Shown here one piece after another: positions 14,085 to 24,953 of a stretch of 64,000 nucleotides of DNA. The translations under genes were made by a program, and so were the position numbers. The stretch comes from Selaginella moellendorffii. Taxonomy: Eukaryota > Plantae > Lycopodiophyta. The stretch's first letter is position 1. Every line of letters begins with the position of its first letter. The notes under the pieces were generated by a model. It was not told the origin of the DNA. It saw nothing but the letters and a program-made list of their open reading frames with translations, and ran no database searches. The DNA lies in NCBI RefSeq assembly GCF_000143415.4, contig NW_003314268.1:387117-451116 (forward strand), given 5' to 3'.

Positions 14085-15653
14085 TGTAAGCGACTAAATT
14101 TTCTATTCTATTTTAGTCACTTAACCACACCTCCACCACTTGGAGGAATCTCACTCACAACTTCTATAAGTCCTATCCAGACTTAGGGTTTGCTATCCCC
14201 GAGAATGGCATCCATGCCACTTAACCTTTGCATTTGGTCTGAGTGTTCCACGTGTCCGATCCCTTAGTTGACACCCCGAAAGTACCACCGACATATCAGC
14301 TCGTTATGCTAAGGCCATGCCTTTTCACCTTGGTCACATCGGTGGTCTAACACCACTTGCATCATAATCCCATCTCTCAAAGTCTGGGCCATCTATCTAT
14401 GAGTGATCATCTTAAATCCACTCCTTAGCACCTTAAGATGCCCACAGACATGGGAAATAGCCTTCCCCAATATCCCTTTTACAGTCCCTATCAAATCCCT
14501 TTTTTATCCATGGCCGTGTTTGCCAACACTGCCACTAGAACAAGGCCCACAGACCTAGCCACCAAGTCCCACTGTCCTCCGAGACTTCCTCACCGTGTGA
14601 CCGTATCCTTGGTCACCACACCAAAGGATTACTCCTCTTCCTTTCCATAGTTCAGAACTTTGGGACAACATTTTAGAACACTGTGGCTCATGGATATTTT
14701 CCCCACCTTCCACCTTTGGCTGCTCTAGTTATAGGCTTAGAATGAGGTTCCATTGAGCCACGCTAGGTATCCAAGTAGGTAGTGCCACCCATGCTTGGAC
14801 TGGGAGCATTGACCATTTGATCTCCTGGGGGAACTAGAGCTAACTTTTGAATACTTTACCAAGCTACCTCGCTTGTCAGTCTGTATCCACTTTAGCCTTG
14901 GACTTCCCAATGGTTATCTTATCACCTAACACCTAAGTACAGTTTTCCTGGGCCAAATTGGCCTTTCCTGGCCAAACTAGCTCCATTGAGGTCCAAGCCT
15001 ACACTCTCCCTACTATACTTTTAGAACCCCCCCGCCCCACCCCCGCCCCTCCCTTGGGGGATGATTGCTTTGGGCTTTCACCTAACAACTTGTATTAGTA
15101 TTCAAACTTGGACTCGAACTTAGACTCGGACTTAAACTCGGTCTCAGGCTCGGACTCAGTCTCGGTCTCAGACTCAGACTTGGTCTCGGTCTCGGTCTTG
15201 GTTCCATCTCGGACTCCATCTCGGGTTTATCTTATGTCCATCTTAGACTCCATCTCGGACTCCATCTCGGGTCCATCTCGGGTTCATCTTGGACTCCATC
15301 TCAGGTCCATTTCGGACTCCATCTCGGATCCATCTCGGACTCCATCTTGGGTCCATCTCAGACTCCATCTCGGGTCCATCTCGGACTCCATCTCAGACTC
15401 CATCTCGGGTCCATCTCAAACTCTATCTCAAACTCCTCCATGTGTAATGTGTTGGTCCTTTTATGCCCCTTTTCTAGAGCCTCACTTACTGTTTTCTTCG
15501 TGCTTGTTCTCGAGCACTTCGTTAGAAGTTGCACTCCCACTCTCGACTATCCAGGTCAGAGCTTTTAGTCCAAACGTGTTACTCCCATTTGGCTTCCTAC
15601 TACGTGGCACCCTTTTAGCTCCACTTTTAGGGCTTTGGGATTTGTGTTTCACA
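14085..15653. mobile_element. Solo LTR of a second family nested in the older element
   Basis: TG...CA ends; GATTG TSD at 14080-14084 and 15654-15658; host sequence is contiguous in the uninterrupted copy (~6020-6035). Confidence 0.9.
15100..15437. repeat. 11-12-bp minisatellite (CTCGGACTCCAT / CTCGGGTCCAT) in the solo LTR
   Basis: Degenerate tandem units are visible directly; they generate the spurious S/D-rich ORF 15108-15659. Confidence 0.9.
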
Positions 15654-17799
15654 GATTGATGTAGATATGTTTTTCATTAGTTTTGCATTATGAAGTTTAG
15701 TTTCTTGATGTGTTGAGAAGGATATTATGGGTGGTACTATGATTTCTTCTTTAGTATTAAAATTAGTCACGCAAAACTTGTGAACATTTTGGACAAGACA
15801 TAACTATAGGCTTCTTTGAGTTTTTTGGTTCTTTGAGTTTTTTATACTCATTATTCCATTTGTTAAAAGTTGTTAGGGAAGGTATTTTGGCACATTACTT
15901 TCGATGTTGAAGTTGGCTTTTGCATTTAGCAATCATTGGTGATGATTGACTATCATCTATAATAGTTGATTATCCTTATCAAAGGTTTTGCTTGATTGTT
16001 ATTGATATCGAATGATTTGCCATTCTTCGGGATGGTAAATTTTTTCTTTGACAATGATTATGCATCTTTTCATTGATGGGATGATTGATGATCTTTCATG
16101 ATGGTTAGTTGTTCGCTTTGATGGCTTATGGCTTTTCACATTATCATATATTCTTTGTGATTTGCTTTGGATTGGTATTTTGGGTTTAAGATATCAGTAG
16201 GATGTTGCTAATTCTTGCTTGAGCAACTTTGGTTCTTTGGTATTATTGATCGGGATCTATTCAGATTGGCTAATGCAATAGTTAACATAAATGAGTGTTT
16301 GTTGGTTTTACGGCATTCACTCTGTTTAGTTGATTGTTACTCTAGTTGGTTCTAATAAATTGAATGTTATTACGTTTGTGATACATTTACAAGCATCTTG
16401 CTTGCTAGTCAATGATACTTTGTGCTTTTTGAGTTATCTTTGGTAAAGCTTTTGGCATACTGTCTACAATCTTTGGTAGTTAAGTTTTCTCATTGAGTTT
16501 ACTTGATAACATACTTGCTATTAAAATTTGTTAGATGGTGAATCCAATAATTTTCCAACTATAGTGATCTTGGTGGTTCCTATACTCTAATACTTGTTTA
16601 TCGGATGATAACTTATTTTGGAATACTTTTGTGTTCTAATTGAAGATTTATTCACTGATAATTCAGTCTTTAAGATATCATTGTCTATGACTTTGATATT
16701 GTCCATCTATTGATCTTTGAATTTCGGCTAATATAGGCAGATTGGCTTTAGCACTTCATGTGCATGGTGAAATCTTTAGTCATAGAGTAGCTGTTGTAGA
16801 CTGGTCACACCACCCGCCTCTCTGTCGATGTTCGTTATTCCCTTGAAAGGGCATGACTGTGTAAACAACTCTAACTGCCTGTTTATAGTAGTTTATCTAA
16901 ACCTTATTGACAAATTTGGTTTCTTTGCTCAGGAGGGTTGGGGCCTCTAGCTTCTCTCTCTATGTCCCTATAGGTAGGGGTGTATCACACTTTTGTAAGT
17001 TGGGTGACACCCAGAGCAATAAGGGTGGCTAACTCCTTTGGTCATTTCCTTGTCGGTGACGGTTGGAAAGTGTCTGAGTTAGTAGCACATCTGTGTTATA
17101 CAAAGAGGTTACCTTAACTCATTTAAGTTGGTACATTTATCACATAGTATGATCACCATGAACTTTTTCTAGGATTGTTTCCTTGGTGGTGGTCTAGACT
17201 CAAGTATGTATTGACAAGGACGTCAATCTTCCCTAAGGGGGGGAGAGTGTTGCAAATGTGACATTGGGTATCAAAAATTATCTATTAACTGTCCTTTTGG
17301 ATATTTTTTCCTTATTGCTATGATGGCAAGAGGTCGGTATTGTTGGACCTGTTATTAATCTCCACCTAAGCTAATTAAGAAATTAATTTTCATGTGTACA
17401 CTTGACCAAATGAGCATAAAGATGGAATTCCTAAATGCTATCAGTCAAGCATACTTAACCTGGCTAGAGAAACTCATTTGTTGACTTGCACTTGCTAGTG
17501 TTGGGAACCCCTGAAATATTAAGTTTGGTCTCTCAATATTTGCTAAATGATAGTTTACCATGTCTGCCAAACACCCTTGTTATCATACCCTTTATATTAG
17601 TCTCATTCTGGTCCCAAATGCTGTTTATGGAAAGTGTTTAAATTTACTAATTTGGCATATCTACGGAATGTAGAGATTGTTTTAAACATAATGGTGTTTG
17701 TTCTGTGACCAAATTCGCAATATAAAGACATTCCATATTTAGTAAGTTTCAAGCTTGTACCAAAGACTAACTCCTGGTACTAAGGGAGGCTTAGGGTGA

Positions 17800-18289
17800 T
17801 GTAGCGCACCTTATCTCTCTCCCCTTAAGCCAACTAAAAAACCAATTATTCCATGTGAGGCAATTAGTTATCCACCCGTACCATAGTCCTAATTGGAAAA
17901 CCAATTATTCCATGTGAGGCAACTGGTCATCCACCCGTACCGTAGTCCCATGGTGGACACCTTCGTCTGTGGATGCTCCACCAAGAGGAAGGACGTATGT
18001 ATGGATGCCCAATACATATGATTTCAAATTTAGGGGTAAGAATATACCTTGCTCAAGGGTATATTATACTTTTAAGTAGCCACTAATCAATGGGAATTGA
18101 ACCTGTGCAATTTGCTCCGATACCAACTGTAGTGCACATTATCTCTCTCCCTTTAAGCCAATTAGAAAAGGGGCAATTGCTTGATGAGAGAGCCCTTAGT
18201 GGCTATTTTATCCCTATTTATCCCCCAAGGTTCCAAAGATCCATGGTGACAATATAGCCAAATCTCATCCCATAATCACATGCGTTACA
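17800..18289 (-). mobile_element. TRIM (~490 bp) inserted in the older element's 3' LTR
   Basis: TG...CA ends; imperfect TSD GGTGA/GATGA. LTR of ~162 bp at 18128-18289; PBS TGGTATCGGAGC (rc ~18114-18125); partial second LTR from 17800. Confidence 0.85.
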
Positions 18290-18841
18290 GATGAAGCCCA
18301 AAGCATGTGTTCCTTAAGGTTGGGGGCAGGGGGTTGTGGGGGGTTTGAAACGTATAGTAGGGATAGTGGGTAAGTCAAGTATGGCCGACCAACCTAAGCC
18401 ATAATTTAGCTCCGCTTGCGTGTCTATCCTTGTTCTGCATTTGGCTTAGGTCTAATCCCAAGTTCCATACCATGTTAGTTGGTGAAGTACCTATATCCTC
18501 GCGTTAAACAATCAGTTTGGTGAAATAGCGCCAAACTTCATTTGGCTCTATGTTGCATGTTAGTTCTAGCATTGGGATGTTGGATACTTTAGGATTGTTC
18601 CAAGTCATTTCGTGCTCCTGTCCCTTCGCTTCTTGGGATATATACTTGGGAGTCGTTCCGTACTCCAGTGCTATTACTCCTTGGCTTCATGCTTCGGAGT
18701 TTGGCTCCGTTCTTTTATTCAGTGGACCAAGGCCCTGAAACTTGGGTTTCATAGCACTAACATGGAAGGTCTAGGTTTTGCTTCATAATTGTCCTGTGGT
18801 AAATCATCATAGAATAAAGGGTAAAAACCATATGTGCTATA

Positions 18842-19177
18842 GTGTGGTACTAGGATGACCACTCATGGATAGATTGCTTAATCTTTTAGAGATAGGACAA
18901 GGGCATGGGTGGTCTTGGATTACCAATGGACAAGGGATGGCTTTAGCGTAACATATTAATATGTCAGTGGTACCTTTAGGGTGTTTGTTATAGAATTAGA
19001 CATATAGAGCACTTGAACCAAGTGCAAAGGCTGAGTGGCATAAATACCATTTATGGGCTAGCATGTCCCCAAGTAAAAAATAAAACTTACAAAGGTTGTG
19101 AGTAAGATTCCTTCAAGTGGTTAAATGTGTGCTTAAATGACTAAAGTAGTTGTTCCACTAAAAGTTTTACACTTACA
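18842..19177. mobile_element. Degenerate LTR fragment of the solo-LTR family, opposite orientation
   Basis: Aligns by eye to the rc of 14085-14420 (GTTGTGAGT.AGATTCCT.CAAGTGGT...CTTACA). Confidence 0.7.
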
Positions 19178-20494
19178 TATCACACTTTGATGGTTTAAGT
19201 TATATTTTGTCTTTTATATCCAAAAAATTTGATTTTTACTGCTTTGTATTGCTAGAGATCTACTTGATAGAGTGATGTTTGAAGATCCTAAGAATTATGT
19301 GAATAGTGTAGAAATGAAAACAAAGATCAAATATTTATAATGATGTAATAAAGTGATGTTTTGTGAATGTCAGTGGATGGAGATGAAAAGGAAGATGTAG
19401 AGAAAGAAGAAAAAAATAATTTGAAAAACCAAAAGAAGGAAAGAATTCATTAAGAGTTGAATTTACTTTCATAATTGCTATGAGCTGTTAATGCTAAGTT
19501 TTGGATTAATATTTGACGAGTATTCTTCCACTAATTCAAGTAAAGTCTGCCAAACACTTGGGCCGTGTATAAGTGGGATAACAATGGCGTTACAACTTCC
19601 ATTATCATCCATCTATAGAGTATAAAATGAATGACTTAATATTAATTTGTTTTCCCAATCTTATAGTATATGGTTTGTTTAAAAAATTTATTGCTCAATG
19701 GAAGGGACCACATCAAATGTTATGGCAAGTTAGACTACAAGTTTATAATGTTCAATAGGCTAATCCTCTAAAAATTATACATGTGCAATGGATAAAACAC
19801 TTCATACAAAGGGATCGACATCACTTACAAATCTAGTGATGCCTCCTCTTTATGATCCTCTAGATCCTGATCTGTCCATTAGAGAACCCTAACTATCTTC
19901 TATAATTCCAAGAGGAGAGGATGATATGAGGTCTAAATGTATAACTACTATATTATATGTTAATATAGTATAGTGGGATTTTGATAATTGCTGAATTATT
20001 TTCAATCCAGACCATTTGCTTTTGTATATAAACTAAGGTTTTTAAATTAATTAATATGCACATTTTTGTAATGCACTCATACTGTTTTATTATTAATCTT
20101 CATTTATATGCTTATTTCACTGACTTGCCAATCCCTGTATATTACCATCATGCTTGCTACTTTATTACAGGAGTTCCTGAAAGATGAGGGAAACTCATAG
20201 GCTCAAAGAGAGTGGCCTTCGTCTTTACACATATCCTGGTCATGATTAGAGGCTTCAAGCTCATTAAAGACTGTCTTTGCTAAGTTGTTTTTGGCAATAG
20301 CATTATTCTTTATTGCCTTTGAGATTTTGTTAAGACATACAAACTAATAAAGATGAATTAAATATTTCTAATCTTAAGGCTTTAAATCTGTTACTCTATA
20401 ATCGGTTGGTTGTGACAAAAAACATTTGCAGCAGTACAAGGAAAATCTGTAACTATATGCATAGGGTTTAAGGTTAAAGCGGGATTTTTGAGCC

Positions 20495-22257
20495 ATGGCA
20501 CTATCGCCATGGCTGCCAGCTGCCCGGATCAAAACAAGGCGGCATGGCTCTTCGATCAGTGCTTGTATCACTGTGACAACACCAACCCAGAAGGTAAGGC
20601 TAGGAAAATCCAGTGTAGAGGTTTCTCCTGTCGGGATTGGGGCTTGGTCGTGGGGCGATACAAGTTACTGGAATGAAGGCACTTGGAATGGTAGTGATTC
20701 TTCTTTCTTCATGCCGAGTTGTGTGGATTATCACTCTTCAATTACAGATAGAAAGTTGAGAGATGCCAAAGAGGCATTCACCGCGAGCGTGGAAAGTGGT
20801 TTGGATTTCTTTGATACTGCAGGTGAGCAATTTTGCTGGTTGATCACAATGGTGTGTTCAATTCTCTTTTTTCGTTTGTCCAGAGGTCTATGGCTCCAAG
20901 GTGGAATTCTCTGTCCCGAGCTAGAACTTTACTGCTAAACCATCTAACTTGTCCAACTCCAGTTTGCATCTGGTGCTGTAAATTCTGAAACACTTCTAGG
21001 AAGGTAAACAAGCTTGTCTTCTATTTTTCAAGTTTTCCTCTTTCTTCCCGCAGGTTTATCAAGGAGATCAAACAAGAAGAGCAATCTAAGATTGTAGTGG
21101 CAACGAAGTTTGCTGCACTGCCATGGAGGTTTGGCCGAGGGAGCGTTGTCAAAGCACTCAAGGATTCTCTGGAGCGTCTCAATCTTTCGTCTGTCGATTT
21201 ATATCAGCTCCACTGGTATGGCACTTTTAACTTGAAAGACGCTCTAAACTTCACGTCTAAATTAAATGGCAGGCCAGGCATATGGGGAAATGAAGGTGGT
21301 GTCTTCTTTCTTTCTTTTTTTCATTTTTACTCGTTTTCTAGTTTCTTTGCTACGTTGTATTTGTAACAGGATATCTCGACGGTCTTGGTGACGCTGTGGA
21401 GCAAGGACTCGTAAAAGCCGTAGGAGTTTCCAATTACAAAGGTGTGGCATTTCTACTTTGGAAACCAATGTAAATCCTTGGTTTGCTTCCAGTGGACAGG
21501 CTTAAGAGGGCTCACGACCAGCTGAAGAGACGAGGAGTTGTCCTGGCATCGAATCAAGTAAACTACAGCCTGATCTATCGAAAACCAGAGGAAAACAGCG
21601 TCAAACAAGCCTGCGACGACCTGGGAATCACACTCATAGCTTATTCTCCGATCGCTCAAGGTAACTTCCAGGCACATGAAATAAAAAGATGAGGATTCTC
21701 AAACATCTCACAGGTATCTTGAGCGGGAAATACACGCCATCAAATCCACCAAAAGGACCCAGGGGAGGAATCTACAATGCGGAGTTCCTGTCAAAGGTAA
21801 TAGCTACTATTCTTTTTCTTGTTTGTAGTTTTGAACTTTTTGAAACTTCCTCAGCTCTCTCCTGTGCTAAACAAGCTCAAGCAACTAGGAGAAAAGTATG
21901 ACAAGACATCCACACAGGTTTTTTTTTTCTGGTGGAGCCTTGAAAGTCACATAACTTACGCAAAGTTTTCTCGATGTTTAACTTTTCCAGGTAGCTCTCA
22001 GTTGGCTGGTCGCACAGAAGAATGTGGTTCCCATTCCAGGTGCCAAGTCGGCACAACAGGTACTAAAAGAAAAAAAAACAGAAAAAAAAATTTCATATTG
22101 TTTTTTCGTGGCTAAGTAAAGAGGCATCTCCACTTATCAGGCGATTGAAATCGCGGGGGCTCTCGGATGGAACTTAACAGCCGACGAAGTTGAGGAACTC
22201 CGGGACATTGCAAAGAGAGTTTCTCCAGTGGTTGGATTTCCCGTCGAGAACCTGTGA
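20495..22257 (+). CDS. Aldo/keto reductase, plastid-type (At1g06690-like), multi-exon
   Basis: [72 protein letters not shown]; GT-AG short introns; stop 22255-22257. Confidence 0.92.
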
Positions 22258-22516
22258 AGGCTTCCTCGTCTAGTTCTTGAGAGAATCTAAAGCTTCTTTC
22301 TCTTGATAGAGTGGACTCAGTACGCTCTAGATATTGAACTTAGAAACGTAACTACGTATGAACAAATCTCGTGACTGTTGCCTAATAAGTTAAAACACAC
22401 AGCTCTTCCTGGAAGTTCCATTGGAATTGGTCAGGTCACTTGACGCGGTGGCGGCCACCATTCTATAAAATCCTGGGAACAAAGATCTCTCCACGTCTGT
22501 TGCTACTACGCAGGCC

Positions 22517-22879
22517 ATGGGAAATTCGCTGGGGTGCTGGAGCAGCGACGAGAGATTAGCGCAAATTCGAGGAGTTACCTTTGTCAACAACACTGGCAGC
22601 ACGATCCAGCTAATGGAGAAGAATCGAGAGGTGTACGGAGGCTTGTTGTGTACTCTGGAGGCGCAGGCCCGTAGCGCGAAGCTAACTTATCCCAAGAACC
22701 AGCTCTACTATGCCATGGCGGTCCTCGCGCGGAGTGAAGATGGCCTGGTAATACCAACAAATCTGGCGGTTAGTTCCAGGGACATGGATTCTTACAGCCA
22801 AATCACAGTCTCTGTGAGAAATGGTGCTTACTTTCTCCAAGGCGTGAAGAGAGATCCTAGACAAGTGCTCGCTTCGTGA
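22517..22879 (+). CDS. Small intronless beta-rich protein (DUF7748-like), copy A, predicted N-myristoyl/S-acyl
   Basis: 120 aa starting MGNSLGCWSS; TATAAA at ~22464. Shares NNT..TI.L..K....YG.L...YY.M.VL with 36733 and 38975. Family name from recall. Confidence 0.8.
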   Translation: MGNSLGCWSSDERLAQIRGVTFVNNTGSTIQLMEKNREVYGGLLCTLEAQARSAKLTYPKNQLYYAMAVLARSEDGLVIPTNLAVSSRDMDSYSQITVSVRNGAYFLQGVKRDPRQVLAS

Positions 22880-24768
22880 TCTTGACGGGATAGTGGTCGG
22901 CGGGCCTTGGGTGTGGGAGATATACGAGCTTGTAGTGTGGATTCAATGGCTCCCAGCTGTGTTGGTGTGTGTGAGCCTCGCAATGCAAAAGATGGAAAAC
23001 GTTGTGCTTACTTGTATTTCGTGATGAGATGGTGGATGATGATGCTGCTCTGGATCTTGGAGAGGTTGCTTCCGGGACACTTTCGATTGCCCAAGCCGAA
23101 GGCAACGTACGTATGAGGCTGAGGCTTCTCGTTCTTGACACGGAAACTTCCGGTTAACGTAGGGAATACGACCAAAGAAACCAAACGCTTACAATCCAGC
23201 GGTCGGGATCAAACTCTCTCGGGTTCTTGTGCACGAGGGGATCCATGTGTACTTGTCGTAGCCACGCCTCTACGAACCATCCTCTCGGGATTGTGTAGCC
23301 TGGTGAATTCGTTGGTCAAGTATATATCCTTTTCAAAAGCTCTCTAGAAGTTTACTCACCGTTTAGCTGCACGTCGCTAAGAACTTTCCGAAAGACAAAC
23401 GGGGAAATGTTAATCAGCCTCAGGGTCTCATCAATCACCTTCACAGAAAGTCAGCGGTCATAAAGAACTCGAAGAAACTTTAGCATACTCTAGACATGTA
23501 AGTCATGCTCCTGATGTCAGCTAGTGTAAGGCTTTCGCCAGGCAATTTCTTGAGCGCGATTTCATCTTGTTCAGCCTGCAAACAGCACTGAGAAAATATT
23601 CATACTGAAAGCTAAATGGATACCTTGAGTCTTTGGTAAACAGCAGGGTGCTCTTTCAGGAGGATGGCCAACCAGGTAACGAGATGTGCCGTGGATTCGT
23701 GCCCTGCGTTCATAAAAGACATGATCAAATCCACGATTTGATCATCTTCTAGAGGTTGACCGCCCTCGTCTGTGGCGTCCAGCAGCATGGACAAAGTATC
23801 TCCTCCTCTCTTCCTGCTTTTCTTTCTTTCGTAGAATATTCGCCAGAAGTCATTTGCCAACGTTGCGCGTGCCTGGTTGAACCAAGCACAAACTTAAGAC
23901 GGAGAAAGAAGAAGAAGAAGAAGAAGAAGAAGAAGAAGAAGAACCTTGACAGCGTTACTGTAAGCAGTGCCTGGAAACTTGAGTGGTAAAGCACGCAGAC
24001 CCTTGTTCATGGTGTGAAACAGTCCAGACACCTGTTTGAAATCAATCCCTGTATCCTCTCCTACTAGAATCTCGTGAATAGTTTTCAACGTAAACTACAG
24101 AAACGACAGAAACAAAAAGCAGGTTAGAATTTTGCGGATTGTTTTGAGGCTCGCTCACCATTCTTGCTTCATCTAGAAAGACGATGTTGCCTCGATCCGC
24201 CCATTCGTCTAGCAATTTCTTCACGTTTTCTTCAATGCAAGGCATTTGATGCTGAATTGCTTTCGGTGAACTTAAAGCCGGCTTGACCAGTTTGCTGAGC
24301 TTCAAATGATCGTCGCCCGTCACTGCCGAGAGAACCTTCAGTCCCAGAAGGTCTTTCACCACTCGCTCTGGCCATCCGATCTCAAAAACATCATGGTTAC
24401 AAAGCACGGTCTTACATACTTCTGCTGATGTGGCCAGAATGGTAGGCTGCCTGAACAAAAACGCTTTATACAGGCCTCCACATCCATACCTGCAAGAAAA
24501 GCAGAGGTTTTAAAAAGAAAAAGGAAATTAACACTTACTTGGAAATGAAACCCGCTACAAAGGACTCCGGATTGCTTGACTTGAAGGCCTGTAAGAAATC
24601 CCCCATGTTTCCGAAAACAGGCCAACCAAGCGAACCTGGTGGCAATGGTGGCGATCCAGGTCTAAGCTTCGGAGCATAAAACCAGCTGTTGAAGTTGAGA
24701 ATGCACGAGATAAGGACGATGATCAAGGCCACTGCCATGGAAGGAAGCCAGAGATCCATTGCCTGCAT
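22857..24768 (-). CDS. KAO: Cytochrome P450 CYP88 family, ent-kaurenoic acid oxidase-like
   Basis: [45 protein letters not shown] heme motif, and the CYP88-type tail YLPHPRPAD. Confidence 0.88.
23908..23943. repeat. (GAA)12 microsatellite starting at the 5' splice site of a CYP88 intron
   Basis: Seen directly. Confidence 0.95.
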
Positions 24769-24953
24769 GGCTGCACACAAGCGTCTTTTCAAACGCTTAA
24801 AAGAGCTAAAAAATTTGGTCGCATTCTCTTATCGTATCAAACTCGAAAACTTTAGATTGCTACCTGTTTGGATTGGCGCGGAATCTAAACTGACGTGTAA
24901 GCTCTTATTCGCAGAAAGGAAAGACCAAAAAGTATAGGTCAGGTGTCAATACA

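Larger units (their letters stand above)
11720..18841 (+). mobile_element. Older, degenerate inverted copy of the 3292-10479 element (5' LTR missing, two nested insertions)
   Basis: Colinear with the rc of 4438-9150, e.g. ORF 11880-12080 vs 8773-8961. PPT AAGGGGGGGAGAG at 17235-17247; 3' LTR 17248-18841. About 0.65 kb is deleted near 12945. Confidence 0.9.

Noticed and set aside
15108-15659. 183-aa Ser/Asp-rich ORF
   Set aside because: It is a product of the minisatellite inside a solo LTR.
19178-20380. Possible hAT transposase relic
   Set aside because: Only vague resemblance to the dimerisation motif; no TIRs or TSD found.
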